From positions 1 to 49,235 of IMG/VR virus record IMGVR_UViG_3300017548_000003: 49,235 bases of DNA. The stretch is one strand, 5' to 3'. The DNA comes from a virus (lineage: Duplodnaviria > Caudoviricetes). Both the position numbers and the translations under genes were made by a program. The notes below the pieces were generated by a model. That model saw only the letters and a list, made by a program, of their open reading frames with translations, was not told where the DNA came from and made no database searches. Positions 1 through 7,700 of the stretch are shown here, in pieces; positions within the stretch are counted from its first letter, which is position 1; each line of letters begins with the position of its first letter.

Positions 1-2
1 CG

Positions 3-8
3 TATAAT
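3..8 (+). promoter_or_regulatory. Putative -10 box (TATAAT) of the tRNA promoter
   Basis: Perfect TATAAT followed by a GC-rich stretch ~40 nt upstream of the tRNA; the -35 would lie outside the window. Confidence 0.5.
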
Positions 9-49
9 GCCGGACTTGGCCCGGATCAGTCCGGGCATCGGACATCACC

Positions 50-123
50 GGCGCAATGGCAGAGTGGTGATGCAGCGGATTGCAAATCCGTGTACGTCGG
101 TTCGATTCCGGCTTGCGCCTCCA
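50..123 (+). tRNA. tRNA-Cys(GCA), prophage integration target
   Basis: 74-nt cloverleaf: acceptor GGCGCAA/TTGCGCC, anticodon loop TTGCAAA, T-loop GGTTCGATTCC, encoded 3' CCA. Confidence 0.97.
77..123 (+). repeat. attL core (47-bp direct repeat, 3' part of tRNA-Cys)
   Basis: GGATTGCAAATCCGTGTACGTCGGTTCGATTCCGGCTTGCGCCTCCA is identical to 49113-49159. Confidence 0.97.
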
Positions 124-149
124 GGGTTTACAGAGATTTGATGATTCGC

Positions 150-170
150 AGTGTGGGGAATTTTTGACAT
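150..170 (+). promoter_or_regulatory. Putative integrase arm-type site (left arm)
   Basis: AGTGTGGGGAATTTTTGACAT matches 49009-49029 at 19/21 positions; the copies flank the core in the excised circle. Confidence 0.6.
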
Positions 171-182
171 GCCCTAGACAAT

Positions 183-206
183 GCCCGCCCCAGCGCGGGC
201 TTTTTT
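183..206 (+). terminator. Phage-supplied intrinsic terminator for the tRNA
   Basis: GCCCGC-loop-GCGGGC followed by TTTTTT. Confidence 0.8.
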
Positions 207-258
207 GCGTCTGGACAGTTTGCGCTGCGGGATATGGGGTAAATACCTTTCTTGGCGC

Positions 259-287
259 TTGCGCAGTCGCAAATTGCGACTTATAAT
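259..287 (+). promoter_or_regulatory. Sigma70 promoter with palindromic operator filling the spacer
   Basis: TTGCGC(259-264), 17 nt, TATAAT(282-287); the spacer is the inverted repeat AGTCGCAA-A-TTGCGACT. Confidence 0.8.
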
Positions 288-357
288 GCATTTATGGTGA
301 TCGGAATCGAACGCCAACCGCCCCGGCGGAACCGGGCATCCCGATAGGAGCAACATC

Positions 358-519
358 ATGCAAGCAATCCGCACCCTCCGCGAAGCCAACAAAATCGCCG
401 CCAGCCTGGGCCTGATCCGTGGCGCCGGAACGTACAACGGCGCGGCTTACTGGAAGCGCCCCGGCAGCAACGCCATCGTCACTCGCGAACGCCTGGCTGA
501 ACTGGCCGGTCTGGTGTGA
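358..519 (+). CDS. 53-aa small protein, candidate anti-CRISPR/anti-defence protein (not in ORF track)
   Basis: AGGAG RBS at 346-350; MQAIRTLREANKIAASLGLIRGAGTYNGAAYWKRPGSNAIVTRERLAELAGLV; GTGA overlap with the next ORF. Confidence 0.75.
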   Translation: MQAIRTLREANKIAASLGLIRGAGTYNGAAYWKRPGSNAIVTRERLAELAGLV

Positions 520-962
520 CTGACGCACTGATTCATCTTCGCGTGCCCGCTGAGCTAAAAGCCAGATGGGTGCGCGAATCTCGGGCCGCAGGAATGCGGC
601 TCACCGATTGGATCATTACCCGCGTGGAGCCGCCCATGGACACCCCTGCCCTCATTTCTGAGATCGCGGTCTTGGCCGAGCAGGCTACGGACCTGCCGAT
701 CTACTTCAAAAGCCGCCAGGCCGCTGACGGCATCGAAGCCATGATTCAGGCCGCGCAGGCATTTGCAGCAGCCCAGGACGATACCGCTAGGCTTGACGCC
801 GCGCTATGGATCGGCGAGGCCTATCTGCTTTTCTCAAGCGCCCTGCCGGACGCCGGAGCCAATGAAGAAAGCACCGGCTGGGCCACGGCCCGACAGATTG
901 CTCAGTTACTGGGCGGGCCGGATGTCTGGGAAGCAAGGATGCGCAAGGAATTCGGCGCATGA
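516..962 (+). CDS. RHH-like N-terminal domain protein resembling the AcrIC6 N-terminus; candidate anti-CRISPR
   Basis: LIHLRVPAELKARWVRESRAAGMRLTDWI has a ribbon-helix-helix pattern and, from memory, resembles the AcrIC6 N-terminus; acidic helical C-terminal part; directly upstream of a small HTH gene. Confidence 0.6.
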   Translation: MTDALIHLRVPAELKARWVRESRAAGMRLTDWIITRVEPPMDTPALISEIAVLAEQATDLPIYFKSRQAADGIEAMIQAAQAFAAAQDDTARLDAALWIGEAYLLFSSALPDAGANEESTGWATARQIAQLLGGPDVWEARMRKEFGA

Positions 963-1165
963 CCCCCGACGATCTCCGCCGCTGGCAAGCCGAAATGGGC
1001 CACACATACGACACCGCCGCCCAAGCACTGCGTGTCAATCGTGCGACGTACGCGCGATGGCTTTCGGGCGACAGCGCGATACCCGGCCCCGTGGATCTGG
1101 CCTGCGCCGCTCTGGTCGAGCACCTGGTGCCGTACAGTGCCCGAGATCACCGCAGCGAATCGTAG
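959..1165 (+). CDS. Small XRE-type HTH regulator, Aca10/Aca6-like
   Basis: LRRWQAEMGHTYDTAAQALRVNRATYARWLSG HTH; last gene of the operator-controlled operon; ATGA coupling. Confidence 0.7.
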   Translation: MTPDDLRRWQAEMGHTYDTAAQALRVNRATYARWLSGDSAIPGPVDLACAALVEHLVPYSARDHRSES

Positions 1166-1182
1166 GCCCCTACCGTCTGCTG

Positions 1183-1211
1183 TTGACGAGTTCCGAAAAC
1201 GGAACTAATGT
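1183..1211 (+). promoter_or_regulatory. Second promoter with palindromic operator
   Basis: TTGACG(1183-1188), 17 nt, TAATGT; inverted repeat AGTTCCG-AAAA-CGGAACT at 1189-1206. Confidence 0.7.
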
Positions 1212-1259
1212 GATGGCCTGCCTTGTGATTGGCACGAGGCTCGCTCAAGGAGCAACATC

Positions 1260-1895
1260 ATGACTCAACAACAAGCCGCCAACACGATCGACGCCGGACG
1301 CCAAAGTCCAATGAGTGGCGCCACGCTCAAGACTATCCGGGAGGCCCTGGGGCTGTCTGTCCCCTGGTTTGCCCAATTCTGCTCCGTGCAGGAACGTACG
1401 GTGCGTCACTGGGAGTCTGGGCGTAATACCGTCCCGATCAAAGTGGGGGAGGCCATCTTGACTTTGGAAGGAGCGTCCCTGGAACTATCGGACAGCATCG
1501 TGTCCCAGGTTCGCGCCATCACGGCCACACACGGTAAGCCGGATGGGTCAGTGCCAATCGTTCGCTACGCGGACGATCAGGACCTGGCGCGCTGCCAGCC
1601 GAACATGAAGGGCCTGCCGGCCACATTTCACGCTGCCGCGATTGCCAGGGCGCGCTGGGAGTTGGCTGGCGAGGTTGAGGTTGTGGCTCAGATGTTCGGC
1701 GCAGTACCGCAAGAAGGCGATACAGTCATTCTCAAACGAAAGCTAGGTGTCTCCAAGCGATACCGAATCATTGCAACGCTCGACAGTTACCCGGCTATTC
1801 GATACCAAGGGGTGCCGCTTGATGGCGCCGGCAGACAAATCGGAAGGGTTGAGACATTCAGTCTCGGCGACATAGATCCGATGATTGAACCATAA
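1260..1895 (+). CDS. Aca2/YdiL (DUF1870)-like HTH protein with an extra C-terminal domain
   Basis: LKTIREALGLSVPWFAQFCSVQERTVRHWESGRNTVP motif; AGGAG RBS; ~65-aa beta-rich C-terminal extension. Confidence 0.7.
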   Translation: MTQQQAANTIDAGRQSPMSGATLKTIREALGLSVPWFAQFCSVQERTVRHWESGRNTVPIKVGEAILTLEGASLELSDSIVSQVRAITATHGKPDGSVPIVRYADDQDLARCQPNMKGLPATFHAAAIARARWELAGEVEVVAQMFGAVPQEGDTVILKRKLGVSKRYRIIATLDSYPAIRYQGVPLDGAGRQIGRVETFSLGDIDPMIEP

Positions 1896-1899
1896 GCTC

Positions 1900-2112
1900 T
1901 CACCCACACAGCCGTCGTACCGTCTCGTTATGCTCGAGCACCTGACGCCGTACCTGCGCCGGGGTTGCATCCACATCGGCCGCCGAATCGAACCAGATCG
2001 GTCGCGCATGATCGCAATACTCAATCCCGGCGCGGGGCGTCGCGCACCCAGCCAGACTTGAGCCGATCGCTGACAGCAGCATCACCCATCGCATCCACTT
2101 TCTGAGCCACAT
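1900..2112 (-). CDS. Outer-membrane spanin (Rz1-like lipoprotein)
   Basis: Lipobox LAGC; overlaps the i-spanin gene in another frame at the end of the lysis cassette. Confidence 0.8.
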   Translation of the reverse strand: MWLRKWMRWVMLLSAIGSSLAGCATPRAGIEYCDHARPIWFDSAADVDATPAQVRRQVLEHNETVRRLCG

Positions 2113-2275
2113 CGCGGGCCTCCTTTCTCGCCTTGTCGCTGGCCTCTACGGCCTTTTGCAGCGCGTCGCGCTGCGCCTCCGCCCTGCCCTGGTGCTTCGC
2201 GGCGAACCAGCCAGCCAGCAGCGCCAGCGCGCCCAGCAGGTATGGCCACACCTGGCCGATGATCATCTCGATCAT
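2021..2275 (-). CDS. Inner-membrane spanin (Rz-like)
   Basis: N-terminal TM (WPYLLGALALLAGWFAA) then coiled coil; ATG 2275 overlaps the endolysin stop. Confidence 0.8.
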   Translation of the reverse strand: MIEMIIGQVWPYLLGALALLAGWFAAKHQGRAEAQRDALQKAVEASDKARKEARDVAQKVDAMGDAAVSDRLKSGWVRDAPRRD

Positions 2276-2940
2276 GCCGCTTCCCTCCACAAATTCCCCG
2301 GCAGTCGCCCGCGCTCCAGCTTGGCCAACACCAGTCCGGCGGCCTCGGCCTTGGTGATGTCGTGATCGCCATTCACGTCCAGGCCGCTGTTCTGCCGGTA
2401 GGTCGTGGGGCTCGTGCCCTTGGACCACAGCACATAGCCCTCCGGCTTGCCGATGGCCTTCGGCCACAAGATCGCCATGTAGACGTCGGAGAGGGTCTTC
2501 AAGCGGCCAGCATAGGGCTTGAAGTACATCCGCACGTAGTCCAACTGCTCGGTGGCGGACATCCTGGCCAGGGCCTCGGTCGACGTCCCCAGCCCTCGCG
2601 CTGTCGCTGGCATGAACTGAATCAGCCCCACCGCCCCACTGCCGGCTGCATTGCGGATGTCAGGCCGGAAGGTTTCGGCCGTCTCGAATGCGATGCAGGC
2701 CATCAGATAGTCGGGCTTGACGCCCAGCGCTGCGGCGATCTCAAACAGCGTCTCGCGGAATGCCGCGCTGACCTTCGCCCCCCAGGCCAAGGTTCTGGGT
2801 TTGGTGGAGCCGCTCTTGCCGGACGATGCGGGCGAGGATGCCGGCGGCGAGGCAGGCGTACCCGATCCAGCGGAGGGCGTCGTCGGGGATCGCAGCATGG
2901 ATTTCAGCAGGAAGAACAAGCCAGATATGAGCGACTGCAT
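2272..2940 (-). CDS. Endolysin, lytic transglycosylase/SLT-like fold, with hydrophobic N-terminus and Ser/Pro linker
   Basis: LMACIAFET catalytic Glu region, GAVGLIQFMP motif; AGGAG RBS 7 nt before ATG 2940. Confidence 0.88.
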   Translation of the reverse strand: MQSLISGLFFLLKSMLRSPTTPSAGSGTPASPPASSPASSGKSGSTKPRTLAWGAKVSAAFRETLFEIAAALGVKPDYLMACIAFETAETFRPDIRNAAGSGAVGLIQFMPATARGLGTSTEALARMSATEQLDYVRMYFKPYAGRLKTLSDVYMAILWPKAIGKPEGYVLWSKGTSPTTYRQNSGLDVNGDHDITKAEAAGLVLAKLERGRLPGNLWREAA

Positions 2941-3040
2941 CGGGAAACTCCTGTAAAGCGCCCAAAAGAAAAACGCCCGCGAGTTGCAGGCGTACGGACC
3001 AGAATTTGTGGCATTGCCGCCAGTTGTCGATGAGCTTCAC
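2741..3040 (-). CDS. Holin-like membrane protein
   Basis: KLIDNWRQCHKFWSVRL start, two hydrophobic segments, basic C-terminus; GTG 3040 overlaps the upstream stop. Confidence 0.75.
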   Translation of the reverse strand: MKLIDNWRQCHKFWSVRLQLAGVFLLGALQEFPDAVAHIWLVLPAEIHAAIPDDALRWIGYACLAAGILARIVRQERLHQTQNLGLGGEGQRGIPRDAV

Positions 3041-3297
3041 CTGATGCCTCCTTTCACGCTGGCCCAAGCGCCGGCGACCGCCGCGATTGTGGCCGCGATG
3101 TAGCCCAGCGGCTTGGCCGCCTTGCCGATCCAGTTCAGGACCTTGAACGCGCCCGTGGCGCTGTCGAAGAAATCCACGATGCCGGCCGTGTCGGCTCGGA
3201 TCTGCCGGATGTTCTCGCGCACTTCCTTGAGCGCCTGCTCGCTGGCCTCCTGCCTACGCACCATGGCCTCGAACTCAGCTTTTTCGATCTCGCACAT
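3037..3297 (-). CDS. Small coiled-coil plus C-terminal TM protein (holin/antiholin-like)
   Basis: 86 aa, coiled coil then LGYIAATIAAVAGAW TM; first gene of the lysis cassette. Confidence 0.6.
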   Translation of the reverse strand: MCEIEKAEFEAMVRRQEASEQALKEVRENIRQIRADTAGIVDFFDSATGAFKVLNWIGKAAKPLGYIAATIAAVAGAWASVKGGIR

Positions 3298-3317
3298 GCG
3301 GTCCCTTCCTTTGGACG

Positions 3318-3341
3318 AAAAAATACCCGCGCAGGGCGGGC
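3318..3341 (-). terminator. Intrinsic terminator after the tail-fibre genes
   Basis: Minus-strand CCCGC-loop-GCGGG followed by TATTTTTT. Confidence 0.6.
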
Positions 3342-3363
3342 TAGATGGGTGATTGTGGGGGGG

Positions 3364-3813
3364 CTACAGGATAATGGCTGCGGCAGTCACAAATAGATCG
3401 TCAAGCTGCGTTTCCGACAAGCCAAGCGCAGCCGCAGCAGTCGCCAGGAACGGGCTATCGCGCCGCCATTCGGTCGTATCGTCGAGCGCCACCAGCGCCA
3501 GGGCTTTTTCGGTCGGGTCCGTAATGCTGCCCACGTAGGCCTCGACTGCATCCCACAGGCCAGCCTGGATCAATGCGGCTTTGCCTTGGGCGCGAGTGAC
3601 GACAGTGGGCGGTCCGGGCGGCTGCGGATCAGGCGCGGGCGGCTCCTCGGGCGCGGGCGGATCGACCACAGCAAAGCCGCCGTCGATGCTCACGATCTTG
3701 CCGACCTGCATCCCGGCCAGCGCTTGTGCGTACTGGTTTTCGTCGATCTCGATCCACGCGGGGTCGCCGGACATATCAGCGCGGGACACCCCGCCGTTCG
3801 TTGCATAGGGCAT
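3364..3813 (-). CDS. Tail-fibre-associated (assembly chaperone-like) protein
   Basis: Follows the tail fibre gene; Pro-rich linker; VVTRAQGKAALIQAGL...QLDDLF C-terminal pattern seen in phage tail modules. Confidence 0.6.
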   Translation of the reverse strand: MPYATNGGVSRADMSGDPAWIEIDENQYAQALAGMQVGKIVSIDGGFAVVDPPAPEEPPAPDPQPPGPPTVVTRAQGKAALIQAGLWDAVEAYVGSITDPTEKALALVALDDTTEWRRDSPFLATAAAALGLSETQLDDLFVTAAAIIL

Positions 3814-4700
3814 TACAGTATCCTCCGGTAGTGTGGCAGGCGGTGGGCGCGTGGCTGCGTGTGATCCCCTGTGCGCGGGGTGCCGTTTGCGCCATCGGAA
3901 ATGAACACGGCTGCTTGGAACCGGGCTGCGTCACTCAAATTCACGTCTGTGTAGACAGAGTCGTTGCCTGTTCCTGATGTACTAGCGCGGCGGATCGTCA
4001 TTGCCCCGTTCGCCATACGGATTTCCATCTTGTGCGCCTGGAACTGGTCGTCCTCGAACGCCTCCACAGCACCCGCCCCGACAAACCGGCCTTCGGTGTT
4101 GATCAGGTGGATCGTCAGTCCATCGAACGGACTGCCGTCCAGATCGACTACGGCTGTAGCTTCGACAAGCGACGCAGAACCGGTGACGGTTTCGTCTGTC
4201 AGGATGCCCTCGTTGTAGCCGCCCACCCCATCTTCACCGGCCGTGCAAAGCACATATCGAAATCGTGGATCATCCGTGGGTGGCAGCGTCAGCGGAGTGA
4301 TGTAGCCGCCAATAGGGGTGCCGAGCCATTGCAGATCAGTGTTGTTCGGAAAATCCGGCATCAACACCTTGTACTCAGACACCACCCACTCTGCAGGTCC
4401 CTTACCGATGATGTAGATCGGCCCGATGTCCAGCACCGGCACGTCGGCCTGGGCATACATGGGCAGGTGCGCGCGCAGCAGGCGACCTTCGATCACCCAG
4501 GCACTATTTGTGTCGTTGCGGCGCTTGAGGGTGCCCGTGCTGGAGTCGGCCCAGGTGGAGTACGCCCAGGCCATCGCCGCCGGATCGGTGCTGCCCGCGA
4601 AATCGGTCGCGATGGTTTCCAGGGCCTTATTCATGTCCTGCACGAGCTGCAGGCCAGGCAGCGGCGGTGTGGTCGTGATTTGCACAGCTTCTTGGGTCAT
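3813..4700 (-). CDS. Tail fibre / receptor-binding protein
   Basis: N-terminal LETIATDFAGSTDP anchor-like region; C-terminal DDQFQAHK...GTPRTGDHTQPR collar-like motifs; downstream of TipJ. Confidence 0.7.
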   Translation of the reverse strand: MTQEAVQITTTPPLPGLQLVQDMNKALETIATDFAGSTDPAAMAWAYSTWADSSTGTLKRRNDTNSAWVIEGRLLRAHLPMYAQADVPVLDIGPIYIIGKGPAEWVVSEYKVLMPDFPNNTDLQWLGTPIGGYITPLTLPPTDDPRFRYVLCTAGEDGVGGYNEGILTDETVTGSASLVEATAVVDLDGSPFDGLTIHLINTEGRFVGAGAVEAFEDDQFQAHKMEIRMANGAMTIRRASTSGTGNDSVYTDVNLSDAARFQAAVFISDGANGTPRTGDHTQPRAHRLPHYRRIL

Positions 4701-4757
4701 ATCGACTCCAAACGAAAAAGCCCGCGCGCGGCGGGCTTGGGTTGATGCGAAGGAAAA

Positions 4758-7700
4758 TCAGAATCCCTGGCTCAGCCAGTTGATGACGGCGGCCTTGGGC
4801 GTAGATGAGTTGAGGACCTGGATGTCGAAGCCGGTCTCATCCGAATTCGTCAGGACGTAGCGATCGCCGTCCACGGCATCAAACAGTGCAATCTGCACGT
4901 TCGGCACGGCGTGGAAGACCTTTTCGTACTCGATCCGCAGGCCTGTGGTCGGCACCGTGATGCCCTCGGCCGACTGCAGCAGATCCGGCACATCGACGAT
5001 CCAGGTGAAATGCTCGACGAAGGGCACGATGAGCGGCTCATCGGTCTCAATCACAATGCGGACCTGGATATACCGGATGTTGACCAGTCCCGGCGTGTAG
5101 TTGATCCACGGCCCGTAGACTTCGTCGTCGCCGGCGACCCGGTATTGCGGCGTAGCTTTCCAATGCTGCGCATTCGAGGCATTCAGGATGTCCGGATTGG
5201 ACAGGACATCGTCCATGCTCAACACGTCCTCGCCAAAATTCAGGGCATAGGCATCGATATGGAAGTCCAGCCGCACAGGCGCGACGAAACCAATGTCCAC
5301 GGTCTGTGCAGACGTATAAACGCCGCGCGGCTGAGCACCGCCGTACCAGAGCACATCACGCACGGCCAGGATGTCAGCCTCGGCCAGAACATCACCGGCG
5401 CCCAACAGCGTCAGCAGGTCATCCCAGACGTAGGCGCCCTCGCTGAGATCGCCGTCCCATGCCGGATCCTCGACCTCGGTCAGCAGAACATTGCGCACCA
5501 GCGCAGCGCCAGACACAAGCAGGCTGTCTGGCTGGCCGTAGATCGCCTGCCCTTTGTAGACGTAGCGCGCGGCGACCCAGTACAGGCCGTTGCCGACAGT
5601 CAGTGATTCGAGCATGGGCGTCACCGCCACCGTGCGCGAATTCGCCCAGGATTCGCCGATCCGGATCTCATAGTCCGGCTGCCGGACATCCACGACGCGG
5701 CCCCAGGTCAGTACGGTCAGGCCGTCACGAAACACGCTGGTCAGGCCGGTCACTGCGGGCAGCGGTGCGCGCAGGCCCTGAACCGTGTAGCTGCGCATCA
5801 CGGGCTTGCCCCGGCCCAGCACGGAAACCGGCGTGACCGTGATGTCCAGCACGTCCCCGGTCTGGGCCTGGATCGTCATCTTCCGATCCTCGACGCGCAC
5901 CGCAGGTTGCGCAGCACCATTGACCGCGATCACGACATCGACCGGCATCGCAACAGACAGCGCCCAGCCGATCTGCACACTGTTGATGTCGGCCAGGACG
6001 TTGACGATGCCCTCGGTGACAGTCACTCCAAAGATCACTCCACCCAGGTACGCACCGTCGCGAGGCGGCGTGTAGCCGTACGGGTTCGTCTCCGAAGCGT
6101 AGTATTCGGGGTCGTCATCCACGGCGGAGAACCGCACCCCATCCTGGGTCGGCTGGACGTCCACGATTTTGAACCGCCGCCCCGGGGTTGCCAGGGGATC
6201 GAAAAAGAACGCCCAGTCGAGCGCCGGCACATCCTCAAATCCTGCGTCCCCAGGCAGAGGAAATCCGGTCATGTCGCTGGTGATCGTGACGGTGTCGGTA
6301 TCCACATCGCCCGCCACCACGACGGTCTTCATGTTGCCCTCGGGGTCGCGCAACATCATCGTGCCAGAACCCGTGGGGATGGATTGCGAGAGCGTGATCT
6401 GATTGCCAGAGCGTCCCATCAGCCGCCCGGAGTACCCCCAGACAGTCAGGTCGTGGCTGATCTGAACGACATCCCCACGGCTGGCGACCCAGCCTTCGAT
6501 ATCCGTCTCCCATGTCGTGCGCCGGCGATGCCAGACCTGGGACGCAGCGATCAGATTGGCTTCGCGTCCGGCCATGTCAGCGACCGTGCAGCCATCCAGG
6601 TCCAACTGCAGAGGATTGTTCGTGGCCGTGGCGCCGGGCACCGCAACCCGCACTTCGTCCATCTGATAATCGCGTTCTTCGTTCGCGAAGTTCAGGACGA
6701 TCTCGTCGGGCGTATCGTCATTGATGTAGGCGACCTTGAAGCTGCCGGCCTTGATGTTGAACGGCCCGAACATCGCCACGACCGGCTGATCAGCGGCATC
6801 CCACACCACGCCCAGTTTGCCGGTCTGCCACGTGGGCGAAGCGCGGCCGGCGCGCGCGATTATCTGCAAGACCTGGGCGCTGCTCATCTTGCGATCAAGG
6901 ACATAGTCGAACGTCAGCTTTTTCAGGTCGCACCACGCGCCCCATGCCTTGATCGACTCGACATCGATCTGCGCTTCTGTCAGACCAGCCCCGTAGACGC
7001 GACCCTTGCCCTCGATGGACTTGCCCATCGCGAACCACAGGTACCACCAGGCCGGATTGCGCGTGTGCTGGACATCAAAATGCTCTCCAGTCCACACTGG
7101 GGCATGTGCCTGGGCCATGGCCGAGAATTCATCGATGGCGCCGTTCAGTTGCGACGTGGCCTTGATCCTCAGCGCAACCCGCAACTGGCCCGAGTAATCG
7201 GCATCGTCAGTCTGGAAGCACAGGATCTGGGAGACGGCCGTCTCGTTGCTTTGACGACTGTCCTTGATGTCTGCGGTGCTTTTCCAGATGCGGACCTCGT
7301 ACTGGCCTTTCGCAACGGCCCAGGACACGGTCTTTCGCGTCGGCTCCTGGCGGGCGCCGTAGATGCGCACGCCCGGGCTTGTGACGTAGCCGATCAGCGG
7401 ATCCGGGGCAATGCCCCGCCACGGCCGCCCTTGGCGGTACGGGTGCGGCAGCCAGCGCCATACCGCATACCGCGCCGGATAGCACCGCTCCGGGTTCACC
7501 ATGCAATAGGCATCAGCAATCTTCACCCGCTCGCCGTCGACATGATCCGCGTAATTCGTGGAGCCGTAGCTGATATTGCGATAGCCGGTTTGCTGGCCAG
7601 CTCCTGGGGTATTGCCATCCACCCAGTAGGTGTACTCCTCGTCATAGGACCAGTAATGCGTCGCGTAGATGGCGTCCGTGATTGAGCCAGCATCGATCCA

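Noticed and set aside
80-286. 68-aa ORF at the left end
   Set aside because: Overlaps the tRNA, att core, terminator and promoter; no RBS
288-357. UTR hairpin as a solitary CRISPR repeat (RNA anti-CRISPR)
   Set aside because: CCCGG-CGGAA-CCGGG lacks the handles of type I-C/I-E/I-F repeats that I can recognise; treated as an ordinary UTR hairpin
5907-7685. 592-aa plus-strand ORF and similar long antisense ORFs (4032-4745, 22267-23043, 42809-43963)
   Set aside because: Shadow frames of GC-rich genes on the opposite strand, with no motifs or RBS
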